DNA of 64,000 nucleotides, from assembly GCF_009914755.1 (NCBI RefSeq), contig NC_060940.1, one strand, 5' to 3'. This stretch comes from the human T2T-CHM13v2.0 reference genome, Homo sapiens. Of the stretch, positions 12,600 to 26,200 are shown one piece after another. A program made the translations under genes and the position numbers. Below the pieces are notes generated by a model. It saw only the letters and a list, made by a program, of their open reading frames with translations. It was not told the DNA's origin and ran no database searches. Position 1 is the stretch's first letter; each line of letters opens with the position of its first letter.

Positions 12600-12870
12600 T
12601 AGTGGGATGAAGTGTAGTTTGGAAGAAAGGAACCCATTTGGGAGAGTATTAAGGGAGTGATGTTGACACAGGTTAGATTAAAAGTCATGGAGATGGAAAG
12701 AATGGACAGTTTTAAATAAAGTTTAGAAGGGCAGATAGGCAGGACCTGGTGATGGGCTGGGAGGTAGGGAAAAAGAGAAGTGGGCCTTAGGGCTGTCTCC
12801 CAGGTCTCCAGAGAGAAAAACTGCATTAACAGAGACATCACATAATGAGATGTGAGTTACTGGAAAAAGG
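12600..12870 (-). mobile_element. L2 remnant
   Basis: GGAGATGGAAAGAATGGACAG...AGGACCTGGTGATGG...CTCCCAGGT, antisense L2 pattern. Confidence 0.6.
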
Positions 12871-14189
12871 AAAGTGAATTCAACTCAGAATTGCTTTGCA
12901 TTTGCCATCACAACTTTTGTCTTGAAACTTCTAATGATCATTGAAAAGGAAATACATCCTTAAGGCTGAGACACATTATCGTTTTATTTTAATTAGAGGC
13001 CACCTACAATACAGAAACAAGTCAACATAATTCACTTTTCTAATCAAAGAGAATTCTTTGAGAGCAGAAGAGATATAGCATCCAAATAAATGAGGGGTAA
13101 TTTTCTTAATGAACTAAGTCATCATGAATCACTGTGTGGAATCCCGCCTTGTGCTGTAGAGCCTGTGACATTTCCAACAATGCAACACTATTTGGTAAAT
13201 ATTAAAGGCTGCTAGAGAAAGGGGATAAGAAATGACCTTTCCATCTATATGGAGCAAGTTAATTACTAAAAAGGCAGCAATTGGTTGTAAAGGACTGTTC
13301 TGCTGTCGTCACCACTGAAGCATGCCTGTGCCTTTTGGTTATGAATTATCCTTGGAAGAAATATGGACACATGACATTAACATTTACAATGTCATTCAGT
13401 ATAAATATCCATTCTTAAAAATGTCTTTGGGCCCTGCACAGTCTTAAATATGGGTAGGTTTTTAAGCTTAAATATATTTTTGAGCGTTCTCCTGGAAACT
13501 ACTAACAAGGCAATATAGCGCCATGGGAAGAGTACCAAAGGAGAGTCATAAGTCCCTTGTTTAGAATAATGAATCAGTCGCTTAATACCAATGTGAGCCA
13601 ATTGGATTTTATTTAACCCATATTGTCCCAAACTTATTTGATTACAGAAACTTTTTTATTTCATAACAGCACTTGATATACCATCTCTTTGTAGAATTTG
13701 CATTGGTGTAATGGGTCACAGCATGGGAATTTGGAACACTGCACCTGGTTAGATTTTCAGCTCTACTATTTTCTAAATGTGGACATGGAGACTCTATGAC
13801 CAATGCTTGTTTTCTTTGTTAAGTGCGAATAAAATACTTTGTCTGCTTGAATTGTTGCTAAAATAGATAAATAAAATAAATAAGTAAATAAAACATGTAA
13901 AGTGATTGTCTCACAACTAGCCAAATCATACAGTTCAATACATAGCAGCCATGTTTTATTTTTTTGTATCACCAGTGCCTGAGACAGGATAAATGCTCAT
14001 GGTCTGTTGAAGGCCTTCTGGGAAGATGGTGAGGGAGTCAAGAATGCAGGATAAAGAGTTAATCAGCATTGCTGAAACAAGAATCCAAGTTTCCTGTGGC
14101 ACAGTTCTAAGTCTCTTTCACTATAGAGTACGGCTTCTCCAAGCTGGAAGAGACTCCCATGTGTAGCTGGGAAAGGAGAAATGGAGAAG

Positions 14190-14375
14190 TGGGGAGAGAA
14201 TTAAGTAAAAAGAATATTAGTATAAAAGAAAAGATGAGAAATTAAGTAAGACAGGGGAAGGAGAAAAGAGATAGAAGATGGATAGAATAGAAGATAGATA
14301 AATAGAAAAAGGAAGGAAAGAAGAAAGGGAGAAGAAAGAAGAGACAAAGAAGAAAGGAAGGAGGATAGGGAAAGG
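14190..14375. repeat. GA-rich low-complexity purine tract
   Basis: Almost only A/G on the + strand. Confidence 0.85.
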
Positions 14376-14890
14376 GTCTGTTATGGATAAAATTAAGTCA
14401 CCAAATAAAATCTCAAGTCATAGAAAACTGCAGTTAGACTCATAACAACTAAAGCATTATTCAGCAGGTGCTAAGTTTTTCACAATAGAATCAAATTTGT
14501 TCAATCCTGACCTGGCTTTTATGCACTGGGTGACCCCAGATGAATTTGCCTAGCCTCCATAATGCTCCATTTTCTTCTTTAAAATATTTATCCTTTTAGG
14601 GCTAGTACAAGAAAATAAGACAATACATGTAAAAAAAAAACTTAGCTCTGTGGCAGGACCATGTTAACAGTCAATCAAGTCGTGGTTATCACAGTCAGGG
14701 TGTAACCTGTGGTGCTTTCAGAATCGAAAACCTCAGGGCCAGATCAGTACCAAGAAAGAAGATTGACAAAAAAGGAGGAAATATACGGATGAATTAAACA
14801 TTTATGAAGTAGGGTTCAGTCTAATGTGAAGGCTCCTAGAAATAAACACTTAAATGAGAGATTTTATAACAGTGAGATGGATTCCTTGCA

Positions 14891-15192
14891 TTTATTTATT
14901 TATTCATTTGAGACAGAGTCTTGCTCTGTCTCCCAGGCTGGAGTGCAATGGCATGATCTTGGGCTCACTGCAACCTCCAACTCCCGGGTTCAAGCGATTC
15001 TCCCTGACTCAGCCTCCCAAGTAGCTGAGATTACAGGGGCCCACCACCACGCCTGGCTAATTTTTGTATTTTTAGTAGAGATCTGTTTTCGTCATGTTGG
15101 CCAGGCTGGTCTCGAACTCTTGACCTCAGGTGATTCTCCTGCCTCGGCCTCCCAAAGTGCTGGGATCACAGGTGTGAGCCACAGTGCCTGGC
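14891..15192 (-). mobile_element. Alu, S family (AluSx/Sz-like), (TTTA)n tail
   Basis: Full-length antisense Alu GAGACAGAGTCTTGCTC...GTGAGCCACAGTGCCTGGC. Confidence 0.97.
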
Positions 15193-15689
15193 TGCACGTA
15201 ATTTTTAAAGCATAGTATTAGATATTTTTTCCTAATAGGTAATTGTATTAAGTCTAGGAGAAAAAAAATAAAGATGATATTTTTTAAACCAAGTATTTAA
15301 GATCAGGCATATAGGTTGGAAGGTAGTATAATTTAACAGACCTACTAACAGCCTGAAATATGTTTTTCAAATGAGCTTGAATATTTATGCAAGTAAAATT
15401 AGGAAGCATGACATATAGAGGAAGGGGCTTCCTTTGTTGATCAATTCAATGAATGCAGTCAAAATTAATTTCTCAAGATCTGAAAATGTGACAGAAGTGA
15501 GCAAATTCCTGTGTTTGAACTCAGAAAATTTCAGAAAGAGGGGTGATAAGGAAACCCTGCTTGCCTTTTAAATTTTTGAGAGTGTTTGGATGTACTAAAA
15601 ATGGGTAGAACAATGTTCATGAATAGGACTTAGGAAAGGATGGTATAAAAGAGAACAGGCTGAAAGAATCAGAGGCACAATATTGTAAT

Positions 15690-15790
15690 AATTATCCCTA
15701 GCAATGGAATGAGCCTGCCTTGAGAGATAGTGAGCTCTGCATCATTGGAAGCATCAAACTGGAATTTGATATGGATGATGATCTATCACT
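15690..15790 (+). mobile_element. L3/CR1-like 3' remnant, apparently split by the L1 insertion
   Basis: CAATGGAATGAGCCTGCCTTGAGAGATAGTGAGCTCTGCATCATTGGAAG resembles the L3 3' end. Confidence 0.55.
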
Positions 15791-15791
15791 T

Positions 15792-17144
15792 ACAGAGCCC
15801 AGAAATAAAGCCACACACCTACTGCCATCTGATCTTTGACAAAGCTGACAAAAATGAGCTGTGGAGAAAGGACTTCCTATTCAATAAATGGTACTGGTAC
15901 AGCTGGCCAGCCACATGCAGAAGAATAAAACTGGACCCCTACATTTCACCATATACAAAAATCAACTCAAGATAGATTAAAGATTTAAATGTAAGAACTC
16001 AAATTATAAGAATCCTAGAAGAAAACTTAGGAAACACCATTCTGGACATTGGCCTGGGGAAAAAATTTATAACTAAGTCCTCAAGAGCAATTGCAACAAA
16101 AACAAAAACTGGCAAGTGAGACCTAATTAAACTAAAGACTTTCTGCACACCAAAAGAAACTATCAGCAGAGTAAACAGACAACCTACACAATGGTATAAA
16201 ATATTCTTGAACTATGCATCCAACAAAAAGTCTAATATATAAAATCTATAAGAAGTTTAGACAATTCAACAAGCAAAAAACAAAAACCACATTAAAGAGT
16301 GGGCAGAAGACATGAATAGACACATCTCAAAAGAAGAGCTACAGGTGGCCAAAAAACATATGAAAAAATGCTCAACATCACTAACCACTAAAGAAATGCA
16401 AATCAAACCCACAATGAGATATCATTTCACACCAGTTAGAACGGCTTTTGTTAAAAAGTCAAAAAAAAACAGACACTGGAGAGGCAGTGAGAAAAGGGAA
16501 CAGGTATACATACACTTTTGATGGGAATATAAATTAGTTCAGCCACTGTGGAAAGCAATTTGGAGATTTCTCAAATAACTTAAAACAGAACTACCATTCA
16601 GGCCAGCAACCCGATTATATCCAAAAGAAAATAGGTCATTCTACCAGAAAGACACATCCACTCGGACGTTCATCTCTGCACTATTCACAATAACAAAGAC
16701 ATGGAATCAATCTAGGTGCCCATGAGTGGTGGACTGGATAAAGAAAATGTGGTACATATACACCATGGAATACTACACAACCATAAAAAAGAATGAAATA
16801 ATGTCCTTCGCAGCAAACTGGACGCAGCTGGAGACTACTATGCTAAGCAAATTAACACAGGAACAGAATACCAAATGCCACATGTTCTCACTTATAAGTG
16901 GGAGCTAAACATTGGGTACTCATGGATGTAAAGATGGAAACAGTAGACACTAGGGACTACCAGAAGGAGCAGGAGGGGAGGAAGACATGGGTTGAAAAAC
17001 TAACAGTTGGGTACTATGCTCACTACCTGGGTAACAGAATCATTCGTACTCCAAACCTCAGTATCACACAATTTACCCAGGTAAGAAACCTGCACATGTA
17101 GACCCTGAATGTAAAATAAAGGTTAAAATTATGTTTTAAAAAAA
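15792..17144 (+). mobile_element. 5'-truncated L1 (L1PA15/16- or L1PB-like): end of ORF2, 3' UTR and A tail; ORF2 disrupted
   Basis: ORF fragments [18 protein letters not shown]...[37 protein letters not shown] and WIKKMWYIYTMEYY match the L1 ORF2 C-terminus; premature TAG at 15973; AATAAA and A-rich end. Confidence 0.97.
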
Positions 17145-20129
17145 TTGAAGAGGTGATGTCTTCACCGAACAAGGGTGTTGGATTAATTCATCATTTCCCA
17201 TGGTATTGCTCAAAGTACTGCTACAACATATTAATAGTTATAAAAAATAAAGAGAGGCTAATTCCCTGGTAAAGTAAGTTTGGGAAACATTAAGCAGTTA
17301 AACCATGTCACAGAATCTTTTGTTTTGAGACTTTCCATTAGGAGATATTAATATGCATCATTTCCAATAGAAAAATGAAACGCTTCTGCAAGATGCATTC
17401 CATGCTGGGGGCAGGGGAGGGATGTGTGGTGAAACGATTTTTAGGAGACGTTAGTATATATGATCTGCAAAACATTTTCAACTTGAAGAATCCATGAGTC
17501 TCTATGAGGAAACCACACCAATAGACCTAGCTGTGGTGAGGTCTAATGGCGTTAACAGTTAGAAAATTAAGAGTACAGGCTTGATAGCAAAATTAGGGAC
17601 CTGTAACTAAAAGGAGGTAAAAGAGAAGAATGAGGGAAATAAAGGCACCAACATTGTAGAGATGTCTCTGAGTAACTGGGACATGAATATAGTGGTGGAC
17701 ATAAGTGGATTAATAGACTATGTATTGCAAATAGAAAAAAAAAAGACAATGGGAGAATTAGATAACAAAACAAGAGCCATAAAGAACGGGAAGGACATGA
17801 AGTAGTGTTGGTTGTGGGTGTGTCTTTTATTTTTAAGCATGAGATGTACCTGGCTTCAGACCAGACCAGTGTGGACATAGTCAACTTCCTTCCCGATGGG
17901 AAGAGCCCCTCAGGAAATCCAGCCAGAAAACTTCACAGGAAATGTGGATTCAGACAAGATTGGCTCTTCATGCAGAGAATGTCCTTAGGCACACCAGTCT
18001 GATGAAACCACTGTCCCCTTCCTTCATGGGATGTAGCTGTCTGGTGAACTGAAATTGGTGCACATTTTCTTGGATTAAGCACTCATTAAGAGCATGCTTG
18101 AGTCTCCAATTCTCCTTTTCCCCAGCCTTGGGGAAGTCATAATATTAATACTTTCTTAATGTCAAGCACCACTTCCTAATTCCCTCATGACTGGTCATAA
18201 GTTGTCCTCTGCAGAATTTCCCCTTCACTGCCTCTCCAGTGTTTATCTAATACCCTCAGAATGTGCACTCTAGCAGCACTTCCCTGGTCAAATCTTAATC
18301 TGACCTTTCCTTCTTCTCTTCCAAGTTTTGACCTTTTGTGGCAGAACTCGAGCTAGCCTCTGATAAGCAAAAAGCTCTACTCTTCTCCATTGTTTTGTGA
18401 GCCACTAAGCTGAACCTGATAAAAGACAAAAGAGAGATCCAGCTCTTTTAAATGAGCCATACCTGTCCCTTCCTGTTACTGCTGTACCAGATACCTGGTC
18501 TGGGACCTCTCAACAGCTTCCATCAAGAAGAACCTCATATTTCTCACCAAACCCATAGCTTAAGGAGTCACATTATAGCACTTCAGTATATCTGGGAAGA
18601 TTAGAGCCCATAAAAAAATGCTTTGGCACCAGCAATTTAATGCTTAAAGCTCTAATCTGGAATTGGTATATTTATCCTGGTCTTTAATTATTAATGTTGC
18701 TTTATTGATCTGATTCCTAAAATGCAAACAACAAAAACTGTTCAAACTAATTATTGTGGGCTTTCTACCTTTTGGGGCTTCTCTACTAGTCTTCGAATCT
18801 AAACCTTTTCATACACCAATCGATAGGGTTTAATTCATTAACAAGTTCTAGTGCCTTGTTTCCACTGCTTGGCGAATTTCCCCCCATCAACAGGAAGTGC
18901 ACTAAACTCCTTCCCTGGCAATAGTTACATATCCTATATAAATGTATTTTCCTTGGAATTTTAAAACCAAGTTTAACAACCCAATTTCCTGGTATTTTGT
19001 GCCCAATGGCTGGCCGTTATTCATAAAAGTCATTGTATACTTCTTGATCTTACCACAAAGACATTTTATCCCTAAGGAATCTTATATACTGGAATGAGAT
19101 GGTACCAGCATGCAGACATAAAGTCACCTTGACACCTGCTTATGCATTTTTGTTGGGCCAATCAGCAATGTCAGTTAGGTAGAAATGCATTCTGAATAAT
19201 ATTTATAGATGGAGAGTCTGATGAGCTAAAGTAGGGTGCTACTTGTGACAATTGTTTATTTCTGGGCCACTAAACCCGATTTTTGATTCATGAGCATGGC
19301 TTCTGTCCACATCCCAGGCAGCTCACTGCCTTCTATCTTGTGCTATTGGCTATAAAGGTAGGAGGAGGTAGAAGCATGCCATGGTCTGCTCCACCATTAG
19401 AGGAAACTTCTTTGAAGTGATTCTTAGAAAGAGAAATGTTAATTAGGCATTTACTTACTTAAACCACTGCTTGGCACATAGTAGGCACTCCGTAAATGTC
19501 TGTAACGAATAAGTGAATGCCAATGGTCAGGTTCTTTGCCATTAAGAAATTTACAGTCTCGTGGGGATTCAAGTGAAGATGCCACATTCATGCTCTTTAT
19601 CGCTTATGGGAACCCCAAGGACGGTATATGGCATTCTCTGGCTTCCATACATTCCTCTAGACCCTCTTGAATATAATTATAGATTCTGTTTGTATCACCT
19701 CTTGGGATAACGATGACCATATGTTAAAATTCTCAGTGGAAAGTAGGAGGACTATATTTATTTTGTTGGTTAAATTATCCACATGCCCTCAGGAAATCAT
19801 TAGATTTAATATACTCAAGGTGCTACAAGAAGGTTCACACCAACAGAGTAGAGACATTTTTTCTTTGCCTTGAGGCACCTACAATAAAAACAGAACAAGT
19901 CAAACTCATAAGAACTAAATGAAATATGATACATATTTTCATTTTATATCACCCTACATTTTGAACACAGTACACATTAAGTTTATAATTGTTAAAAGCA
20001 CACATTACTAATGACACTATTTGTGATACCTGAAATAACTCTTGAAGGATTTTTCAGAAAATATTCTGAATCTCTTCTCAGTGGTATTGCCTTCCTTCCA
20101 ATACAATTCAATTTGAGTTTAAAGAGATA

Positions 20130-20425
<296 letters not shown>

Positions 20426-21399
20426 TTAAGACAAAGTGATAAAGTGATCAGCAAGTTCCAAAATGCTGAGGACTAAAACATTTGGCTGTGTTCCCAAATG
20501 CATGTGCCAAATGAACATCAGAAAGACTGACAGGCTTTTTCTGAGGCCTGGCATAAATGAGTTAAAGGTGAAAGGTGACAATATTATATGCATGTGTTTA
20601 TATATAAATCCTAGAAAGATTATAAAATATTAAAATCTTCTAAAGTAATATAATGCAACATGATGGAAGTCGATTACAAGTCCATTTTAATTATTAAAAA
20701 TTAATAATTTAAAGTTTACATATTTATTAAAAATATATCCTCTAAATTTTTTTCTGTGCATAATTTTCTTTCATAAATGCATAGTGATGTTTCAGAGGAT
20801 CTATTTTCTTTGTTCTGCCTTGCCAACTAAACAGAATTTTATGTAGTTAGGTAGAGAATGGCTAAGTCTTCTCTCTCTCAAGATATATGACAGCCATAAA
20901 AAATCCCAGGAGCAGAGATGATGTCATATAGAAGACTAATTAACACACCTACTGGATAATGTATGTTATATGGTCTTTAAATTTTTATTAAGGTCACTAA
21001 GAAGTATGGCTTAGAACTAATGATGATGAAGAGTTTGGGCTCAAACACCACCTGTGGGAGTGAAAAATAGTGGTGGATTTATTGTATAAAAATCATGGGA
21101 TCTCCTTTATATCTTTGTTGCCAAAGTACATCATGTCTAAAAGAGACCTCTCCAAGAGATTGAGACTTCAGGCAGTCATAGGAGGTTGTCAGGGCAACAA
21201 GTAGAGAGATGGCATCTGGGTAGAAGGAGGATCATGGCAAAGGCATAGAGATGTGATAGTCCATGACCTGCTTAGGGAATTTCCAGGCTTTTAAAACAGG
21301 AGGTGGAATATGGTGGAAGAAGAGATGGAAGAGAGAGGGTGATATAGAAGCCATAGTGTTGCAGAGACATTTTGTATTGTTTCTGGTGGAAAATGAGAG

Positions 21400-21860
21400 T
21401 ATAGCAGACAGAGTAGTGATCACTTCTCATCCATTCACTCCTCATTTCTGCATTCTTGCACTTAGGGGCAGCCCTGTTACCAGCTCTGGCCAATAGGCTG
21501 TGGGCAAGTGTGATAAATGTCACTCTCAGGCTGAAATTAACAAGAAATGGACCCAAACATCCTCAGTCTCCCTCCCTATTCCTATCTCTATCTATCTCTA
21601 TCATTCTATCTCTATCTCTATCTCTATCTCTATCTCTATCTCTATGGCTATCTCTATCTATCTCTCTGCCCTGAAGAGCTACAGAACCTCCAGTTGAGAA
21701 GGCAAAATCATGAATATCAAGTAACCACATGGAGGAAAGCTCTTATAGGGAGTTGCTGGTCCCACGATGGACTTGGCATGAGCAATAATAAACAAATCTC
21801 TGTTGGGTTAAGCAACGAGGATTTTCATGGACTCTGACCCAGTCTCTCTCTTAACTAACT
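21400..21860 (+). mobile_element. Old MaLR LTR (MLT1I/J-like) with internal microsatellite
   Basis: CTCTGGCCAATAGGCTGTGGGC...TGTCACT, ATGGACTTGGCATGAGC..AATAAAC..TGTTGGGTTAAGC. Confidence 0.65.
21583..21666. repeat. (TATCTC)n hexamer microsatellite
   Basis: Read directly. Confidence 0.93.
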
Positions 21861-22170
21861 TAGGGAGACTCTTGAGCATTCCGAGACAAAACTGACATGT
21901 TTAGATGGGCTTGTTAGGAAGACTTTCTGGGGCTGACTCAAAACAACTGAATCCTTCTGGGGAACAATGCACCTAACATTTATTGGCACTTGCAGTGAAC
22001 CAGTTCTCTACATGGATGTTCTCATTTGATCCTCTTTACCCTTTGAGGTTGATGTTAAAGTTATTATTCTCATAGCTTATACAAGGTTGCAGAAATCATT
22101 GCTGCACCTAGATTCAAAACCAGTCTGTGATGCTTGAGTAACCAAACTCTCACCACTTTCACATAGCAGA

Positions 22171-22246
22171 GTCCTTGATTTTCTGTCATACTCAGCTGTC
22201 ACTGATGTCCTTGATTTTCTGTCATACTCAGCTGTCACTGATGTCC
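22171..22246. repeat. Perfect 36-bp tandem duplication (2 copies plus GTCC)
   Basis: GTCCTTGATTTTCTGTCATACTCAGCTGTCACTGAT at 22171-22206 and 22207-22242. Confidence 0.97.
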
Positions 22247-22391
22247 CAGAATGCCTTAGAAACAAGGGTGTCAGAGTGAGAAGAGTGGTTTGCCTTTAAT
22301 AGGCACAGCCCTAGAAAAATGGATATGGCTACAGCGCATACACAGACATACACATACATATACATTCCTACATGCAAAGAAGCACAGCCCA

Positions 22392-22398
22392 CCACACA

Positions 22399-22438
<40 letters not shown>

Positions 22439-22450
22439 CACATATACACA
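22392..22450. repeat. (CA)n microsatellite, interrupted
   Basis: Read directly. Confidence 0.95.
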
Positions 22451-23009
22451 TGCTATGTCTGCTATGTCCAGGTGATCTTCTCTGGAACGATGGTATTGTC
22501 CAATCCTTCCACATCCCCAAACTACTTATGCTAAAGCTGCCCAAAAAATTTTTTGATGTAGCCCCGCAACAGTAGGCATTTTCCTTCATAAGGACTGATG
22601 TGAGAACTGTTGAATTACACCGAGTGCCAAACACAAAGAATATGATAAAGGAGGCTGAACCCTGAGGGCTGCTTTAATGACCCTGTTGAAGTCTCAATTC
22701 TGTCAATATTTACTAGCCAGGCACAAGGTACTGAGTTTCTCACTGGCATATACTAACAGGCATCAGTGAAGACAGCTGATTTGACTCAACCAACAATGTC
22801 CACGTTCTTTTGTGGTTCACTGGTATACTAAATCTGCATGGACAGTTCCTGTTCCATTTCCTGTGAGTTCTGTGTTCCATCCAAGGACTCATTCTTTCAT
22901 TTTCCCTACCCATCTCTGATGGGTCTCCCAAACATCCCAGAGTTCTGAAAATATAAGATGAGCACCATTTTATCAGTTACCTCTGTGTCCTTCATTGTTG
23001 AGTCCCTGT

Positions 23010-23310
23010 CATAATGGTTCTCTTGATGAAACTAAGAATGACTTAGGAACGCTATTAAAATGAAATTTCCAAGCCCCTCTGACTCCTGGAGATTCTAATT
23101 CAGTATGTATGATGGTTAATTTTACGTGACTTCTCAGCCTCTGTAATTGGGTGAGCCAATTCCTCATCATAAATCTCCACTTATGCATATAAATCTCTGG
23201 AGAACACTGATTAATACAGTAGGTTTAAGGCAAGATCCATAAATTAGCATTTATATGATGAAACCCAGACAACTGTGATGCAAGTAGATCACGATTTGTG
23301 GTATAAGCTG
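23010..23310. mobile_element. MER5-like hAT-Charlie element hosting a nested LTR
   Basis: GGAGATTCTAATTCAGTA|GGTTTAAGG...TAGCATTT resembles the MER5 centre, split at 23108-23218. Confidence 0.55.
23108..23218 (+). mobile_element. Internally deleted MLT2 (ERVL) LTR, 111 bp
   Basis: MLT2 termini TATGATGGTTAATTTTA and CTCTGGAGAACACTGATTAATACA; near-TSD GTATG/GTAGG. Confidence 0.75.
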
Positions 23311-25784
23311 GCCACTAATGATACAGTCTGCATAGCTGGCCTCAGGAAGCTTCCAATCTAGTAGAACTATAGACATAAACACCAATACATGGCATCACAG
23401 AAGCAGTATGTATTTTTAAAATATGATACTATAGTCAGCTGGAGTTGAGAATCACTAATACGGGAGACACATTATTGCTCCTACTTAGCTAGCATCGTGG
23501 CTAGAGAAATGAGCTCCAGGATCTGAAGAACTGAGTTTCATCTCAGAGATGTTTTCTCCAAGCTGTGTGACACAAAATAGCCATTGTTATCTGCAATGTC
23601 CCCAGCAAAGGGCTTGTTCCTGTTCCTCAACCTGGATACTGCAGGACCATCTTCTGTTTGCATCTCTCAGAATCTCATGTCTCACTTTGCTCTGATTAAC
23701 ACAAATCCTTTGAGATGTGTGATGTTTTCCAAGGCACTCTTATTTGAGAAAGAAAGCAATGTTGGGTAAAACCAAGTGGATAACCAAAAAACAACACAAA
23801 GGAACAGTAAATGATTAAGATTGAAGGTCGTCAAGAGGTTACAATGGGTTTATGCCACCGGTAGCAACAGGAAGAACAATGCATTTAAATCCACATCTTT
23901 CATTCTCTTCTGCCAACTGCAAATCACTAACCCACTCAAGTGGCACCTTCTCTGGGAAGCACTTTTTTGTCTCACCCACTTCCCAGACTAAGTTCCCATG
24001 AGCTTCCTTGGGGTTTTGTAAATACCTCTACTCGTATGTGATACCATGCTCCTCTTCCTCTTTTTAATGTTTGCTTATTTGTCTGTTTTTCTACTGGCCT
24101 TGAATCACTTGAGGGGAAAAGCTGTCATTACAGATTCTCAATTCTGATTTGTTGTTTAAATCAATTAATTTCTGCCGTCTTTTAAGTTAACACAGAAGTC
24201 TCACATGGAGTTTATTTAATAGAACCTGAGTGTTGGAAGAGATATTGACACATTCAAACATCGAAGCTCAGAAGTTCGAAGGGATTTGCATGAAGTCGCC
24301 CCACTAATAGAAGACAGACTTGAAATCAGGTGGGTCTTACCCTGATTTCCCCCTCAGTGCCCCTGTTCCAGCTTGTATAATCCTTATGCAGAGGTCTGAG
24401 GAACCCATGATGGTACGATTCTAGACAATCTTAATTAAGTTACATGATTCCAAAGATGTTCATCAGTGTGCAAAATGAAAACCAAGTACTGTGTCAACAG
24501 CCGGGATCCAGGTAAACATAAATAAGTCATCTGCAGGAGCTCATTGGCCTTTGAATCTATTTGAACCACATTCTAATTCCCCTTCATCACCCTTATCCAT
24601 CATTTATTAGATGTTGTCTCTGGAAATTCCGATTCCTACCATAGTAGCGTCACAAATAAAGCACTTTCTTTGCCTACTTCCTTGAGTGTGTTCTAGGAAA
24701 AGAAATTGACTTCTCTGAAGATGTTAATGACTCTATGGTACACAGAAATTCTCATTTAACTCACTGTGTTCTTCCTCTGTCTGTCCAATGCATAGGGTCT
24801 TCCTTTAATTATGATTTTAACATTTGCTCTTGGTTATAACTTTGAGCTTTTCCACTAAAAACAGTTTAGCTTTCAATTTCTCTTCTACTTTCCCCGTCTC
24901 TGTTACCAACATTTTCCTTTAGGAACACCCCTGCTTCAAATACCACCATGTTGGCCTAGTGCTCCCACCTTCTCAGCAACAGGTTTGGTCAGTCCCCTGG
25001 GGCCTCCAGGTTGAGGTCATCTTACTTCAGTAGGAGAGATACTGTGGGAAGCATTCTGTGGGTTTGAAGATGCTGTGAGACCATGAAGGAGCATGAGGGG
25101 ACCTTTGGAAGCTTAGAAAACCCTTATCTTCTGCACTAGTGAATATAGAAAACAATGTGGGGAGGCAGAGGTTGGCAACAGCACCAAGTAGGGAATCAGT
25201 GCCAAGAAGATACTTAGGATTTCATATTAGGCCCCTTGCCCAAACAGCCAATGGATCCGAAATTGCCCACAAAAAGCAAGAACTTGGCACAGGATGGGAG
25301 GTGATGAGTATGCACGATGCTCGGTTATGCAAAGAAGGGAGGCTGATGGGAAAAATTTCAAGTCGTAGATCTAGACAATGTCTGGATAAGTCTCATGGAG
25401 CCAGAGAATGTCTCAGGCAAGGGCTGCAGTGATTTTGTTGCAGAGAGAAAATAAATGTTCTGCCAACATTGTATTGAGAAAGGGAGGGAGAGAGATCCAT
25501 ATGAAAGAAGAGCACTTAGAAGCATCTGTCAGTAGGCTAGGCCAATGTTGTAGGGCTTAGAGGAGTTGATGAGTTGCATGTAGCATGGGTAAATACTCAA
25601 TGAGTAGAAAGCTCACTTTGGTTTATCCCCATCTAGCACCATCTAATGTAAGCAGATGACACATATGTGAAGTCAGGGGAGAGAATTATCTTACATGGAT
25701 ACAAGTCACTCTGTAATATTCTTTACCTAGATTGTCAAAATGTATTTTTAGAACAGATTTATGATGCAATGTCAATAGGCCCAT

Positions 25785-26074
25785 GGGGCTGGTACTAGGG
25801 TAAGGTGAGTGGGACACCAGCTTCCAGTATAAAAATTAACGGGGAGCCCTGGATGTGCAAAACTTGGACTCTTGATTCACCCCAATCCTGGTCCCTTAGG
25901 TCCCTTTAAAAAAAATTTGATGTTTTGATCATGGTGGATCTTTTTGCATTGTTTGAATTTTATTAAATACTGCATTAAAATATTATTTATTTTGATCACT
26001 AATATTTTTGGCACCCTCTTAGATCTTGCACCTGCAGCGAATAATGCACTCACCTCACCTTACTCCTGGCCCTG
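25785..26074. mobile_element. hAT-type MITE, MER96B-like
   Basis: TIRs GGGGCTGGTACTAGGGTAAGGTGAGTG / CACTCACCTCACCTTACTCCTGGCCCTG; 8-bp near-TSD AGGCCCAT/AGGCTCAT. Confidence 0.8.
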
Positions 26075-26082
26075 AGGCTCAT

Positions 26083-26200
26083 TTGCAAATGAGGAAAGTG
26101 AGGCTCAGATAACATTTGTACTTTGGCCAAGGCCACATATCTAGTTAGCATAAGAGCTGATTTGAAACTCAGCACACCCTGACTCCCGAGCCCCACTGTT
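26083..26200 (-). mobile_element. MIR remnant
   Basis: ATGAGGAAAGTGAGGCTCAGA...CCAAGGCCACATATCTAGT...GATTTGAAACTCAG. Confidence 0.75.

Noticed and set aside
14826-15215. Alu-derived ORFs (also 20219, 28246, 34340, 47385, 50424, 51778, 52979, 57157)
   Set aside because: These are standard translations of antisense Alu sequence, not genes.
15730-16908. L1 ORF2-like peptides as a CDS
   Set aside because: Fragments of a 5'-truncated L1 broken by stops and frameshifts; non-functional.
22171-22246. 36-bp direct repeat resembling a CRISPR repeat length
   Set aside because: Two adjacent copies with no spacer, eukaryotic context and no cas genes.
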